DNA of 64,000 nucleotides, from contig OX442314.1 of assembly GCA_949358305.1 (NCBI GenBank), positions 12,648,001-12,712,000 on the forward strand. The letters are read 5' to 3'. Position 1 is the first letter of the stretch. Each line of letters starts with the position of its first letter. The position numbers were made by a program, and so were the translations under genes. Shown here piece after piece: positions 62,298 through 64,000 of this stretch. The stretch is from Strigamia acuminata. Lineage: Eukaryota. Under the pieces are notes generated by a model. That model made no database searches, was not told where the DNA came from, and saw only the letters and a list, made by a program, of their open reading frames with translations.

Positions 62298-64000
62298 ATG
62301 ACTAATAACCAGCATCACATGAACACCCGTGGTAAGGAAAGAACTTGTTTGACCGGTGGAATGAATCTATCCGGGTTTGTACCTGTTCCTAATGGAATTG
62401 AAGAAGTGGGAAACCACGCGGTCCATAATGGCGTTTCAAATGAAACAGCCGGACCATCTGGAGAGAATAGGGCTCCACGAGAACCTACTCCGCCTGGAGA
62501 AGAGGAATGCATTCCTGAAGGTTCTCATTTAGGCCGAGGCGGTCTATTATTTTGTCAGGATCACGGTTTGAACCCAAACCAATTTAGATCTTTGACTGAA
62601 GTGTTAGATTTTGTACACGCGCAACGTGCTACGTCGGAGCAACCTAATTCCCCAGCCAGCCAAAGATTAAATAATTTTAGTCCCACTCCTTCGACGCCTA
62701 TTTCTAGATATAGAAATAAAAATGCACAACCTCCTCGTCAAGATCAGTCGAATTTGACACCAGGAGATTTTAATCGTGCTTTCCAACAACGATTACGAGC
62801 GAATAACTTCGCTCGCAACCAACAAAGAGGATTTACAAATCCAGAGAACTTTGAGAATACGTTCAACAGAGCGAATTTGGGTCCGCCTAATATGGCCAAC
62901 CCTAATCCAAGTTTTCCAAACGGATCAAATAGTTGTCCGAATCTCGCTGGAAATTTGAACCCAAATTCAGGTGCGACAAGAGGTCCAAACCGCCGTTTTG
63001 ACCCAAATTCCAGATTTGCAAACAATTCTAGTCCAGCACCTAACATGCAAAGGGGTTATCCAGTTCCTCCGAACTCGAATAACCTAAATAATCCGAACGA
63101 TTTAAATAATCCTTCTACTGGAACTCCAGGAAATTCAAATAACTATTTGAATCGGGGTACGCCAGGTAATTCGAACTATCGTCCAAATTTTGGTAATCAA
63201 GAAAGTTCGCACAACCGTCCGAATTTTAACAATCGAGATAATTCTAATAGTCATTCGAATTATGGGAACCAAGGTAATTCGAATAACCATTCGAATTTTG
63301 GTAACCACAGCAGGTCAAATCAAGGAGGGTCGAATAATTTCAACCCTAATAGTGGTGGCTCAAGTCAAAATAACTCGAGTCAACCAAAAAATAATGGCGG
63401 GTCGTCAAACGACAACTCGCGCCCCCCTAGTAGTTTTGGAATGACGGCTGATGACCTCGCGTCAATTGCCACAACCATGCACAAATTAATGCAGGCTGGA
63501 AAAAGTTCCGCCACTGTCCCTCAAACTAACAGTTTGAAACCCCCAGATATCCCTGTATTCTCAGGAAAAGCAGAAGAAAGCGAACGCTTTCTCAATATTG
63601 TAAAAAATGTCGCTTTTCTGCGAAACATGTCACTCGATGACATGCTTGTTAAAGGCGTTGCTGGTTATCTAACCGAGCAAGCGCATGGTTGGTTTCATGA
63701 ACGAAGAGAAGATTTTATATCTTGGGAAGTATTTGAACAGGCGTTCAAAGAACGATTTGTAGCCACTCGACAAGAGCGGACGAACCAACTAACTAAGTTG
63801 AAACAACTGGAAACAGAAAGTCTTTACGACTTTATGCACAAATATTACCAGTTATGGATATTACAAGACAGTCTTGATGCAAAAGGGGCTGGTTGTCTTT
63901 TTATCGGGAGTGTAACTCCTGCTAATGATTTGCTTTTACATACGCAAGGCATAGCGGATTTACCTCTGACAGAGATTTATTCCGTTATAACGAAAAATAA
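62298..64000 (+). CDS. gag: Ty3/Gypsy gag (partial, runs off the window)
   Basis: Uninterrupted frame of about 567 codons, absent from the ORF track. Capsid-like motifs IPVFSGK, AHGWF, SWEVFEQAFKERF, LKQLETESLYDFMHKY. Confidence 0.88.
   Translation, partial: MTNNQHHMNTRGKERTCLTGGMNLSGFVPVPNGIEEVGNHAVHNGVSNETAGPSGENRAPREPTPPGEEECIPEGSHLGRGGLLFCQDHGLNPNQFRSLTEVLDFVHAQRATSEQPNSPASQRLNNFSPTPSTPISRYRNKNAQPPRQDQSNLTPGDFNRAFQQRLRANNFARNQQRGFTNPENFENTFNRANLGPPNMANPNPSFPNGSNSCPNLAGNLNPNSGATRGPNRRFDPNSRFANNSSPAPNMQRGYPVPPNSNNLNNPNDLNNPSTGTPGNSNNYLNRGTPGNSNYRPNFGNQESSHNRPNFNNRDNSNSHSNYGNQGNSNNHSNFGNHSRSNQGGSNNFNPNSGGSSQNNSSQPKNNGGSSNDNSRPPSSFGMTADDLASIATTMHKLMQAGKSSATVPQTNSLKPPDIPVFSGKAEESERFLNIVKNVAFLRNMSLDDMLVKGVAGYLTEQAHGWFHERREDFISWEVFEQAFKERFVATRQERTNQLTKLKQLETESLYDFMHKYYQLWILQDSLDAKGAGCLFIGSVTPANDLLLHTQGIADLPLTEIYSVITKN

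Noticed and set aside
62744..63444. ORF-track entries overlapping gag
   Set aside because: They are alternative-frame or antisense shadows of the long open gag frame starting at 62298.

Overview
AT-rich eukaryotic (invertebrate, probably arthropod) genomic DNA with short GT-AG introns. Positions 1-42.3 kb hold a tandem cluster of about 17 copies and fragments of an intronless ~435-aa leucine-rich-repeat (LRR) gene. Each copy begins with a BC-box plus Cul2-box-like motif, suggesting Elongin BC/Cullin-2 substrate receptors. Five copies are complete intact ORFs; the rest are single-lesion pseudogenes, a chimera and fragments. The cluster lies 3' of the first coding exon of a minus-strand TRIM9/67 gene (45812-45045), so it is apparently nested in that gene's intron. 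Next come decayed intron-bearing copies of L2HGDH and NO66/RIOX1, then a divergent pair of RNF216-like RBR E3 ligase genes, one of which has an in-frame deletion removing the catalytic RING2 cysteine. The window ends in the 5' part of a Ty3/Gypsy element (LTR, tRNA-Gln primer binding site, Asn-rich gag running off the window). Several MITEs, a split Tc1 relic, a solo LTR and minisatellites are also present. All calls are by-eye motif recognition; no database search or folding was run.
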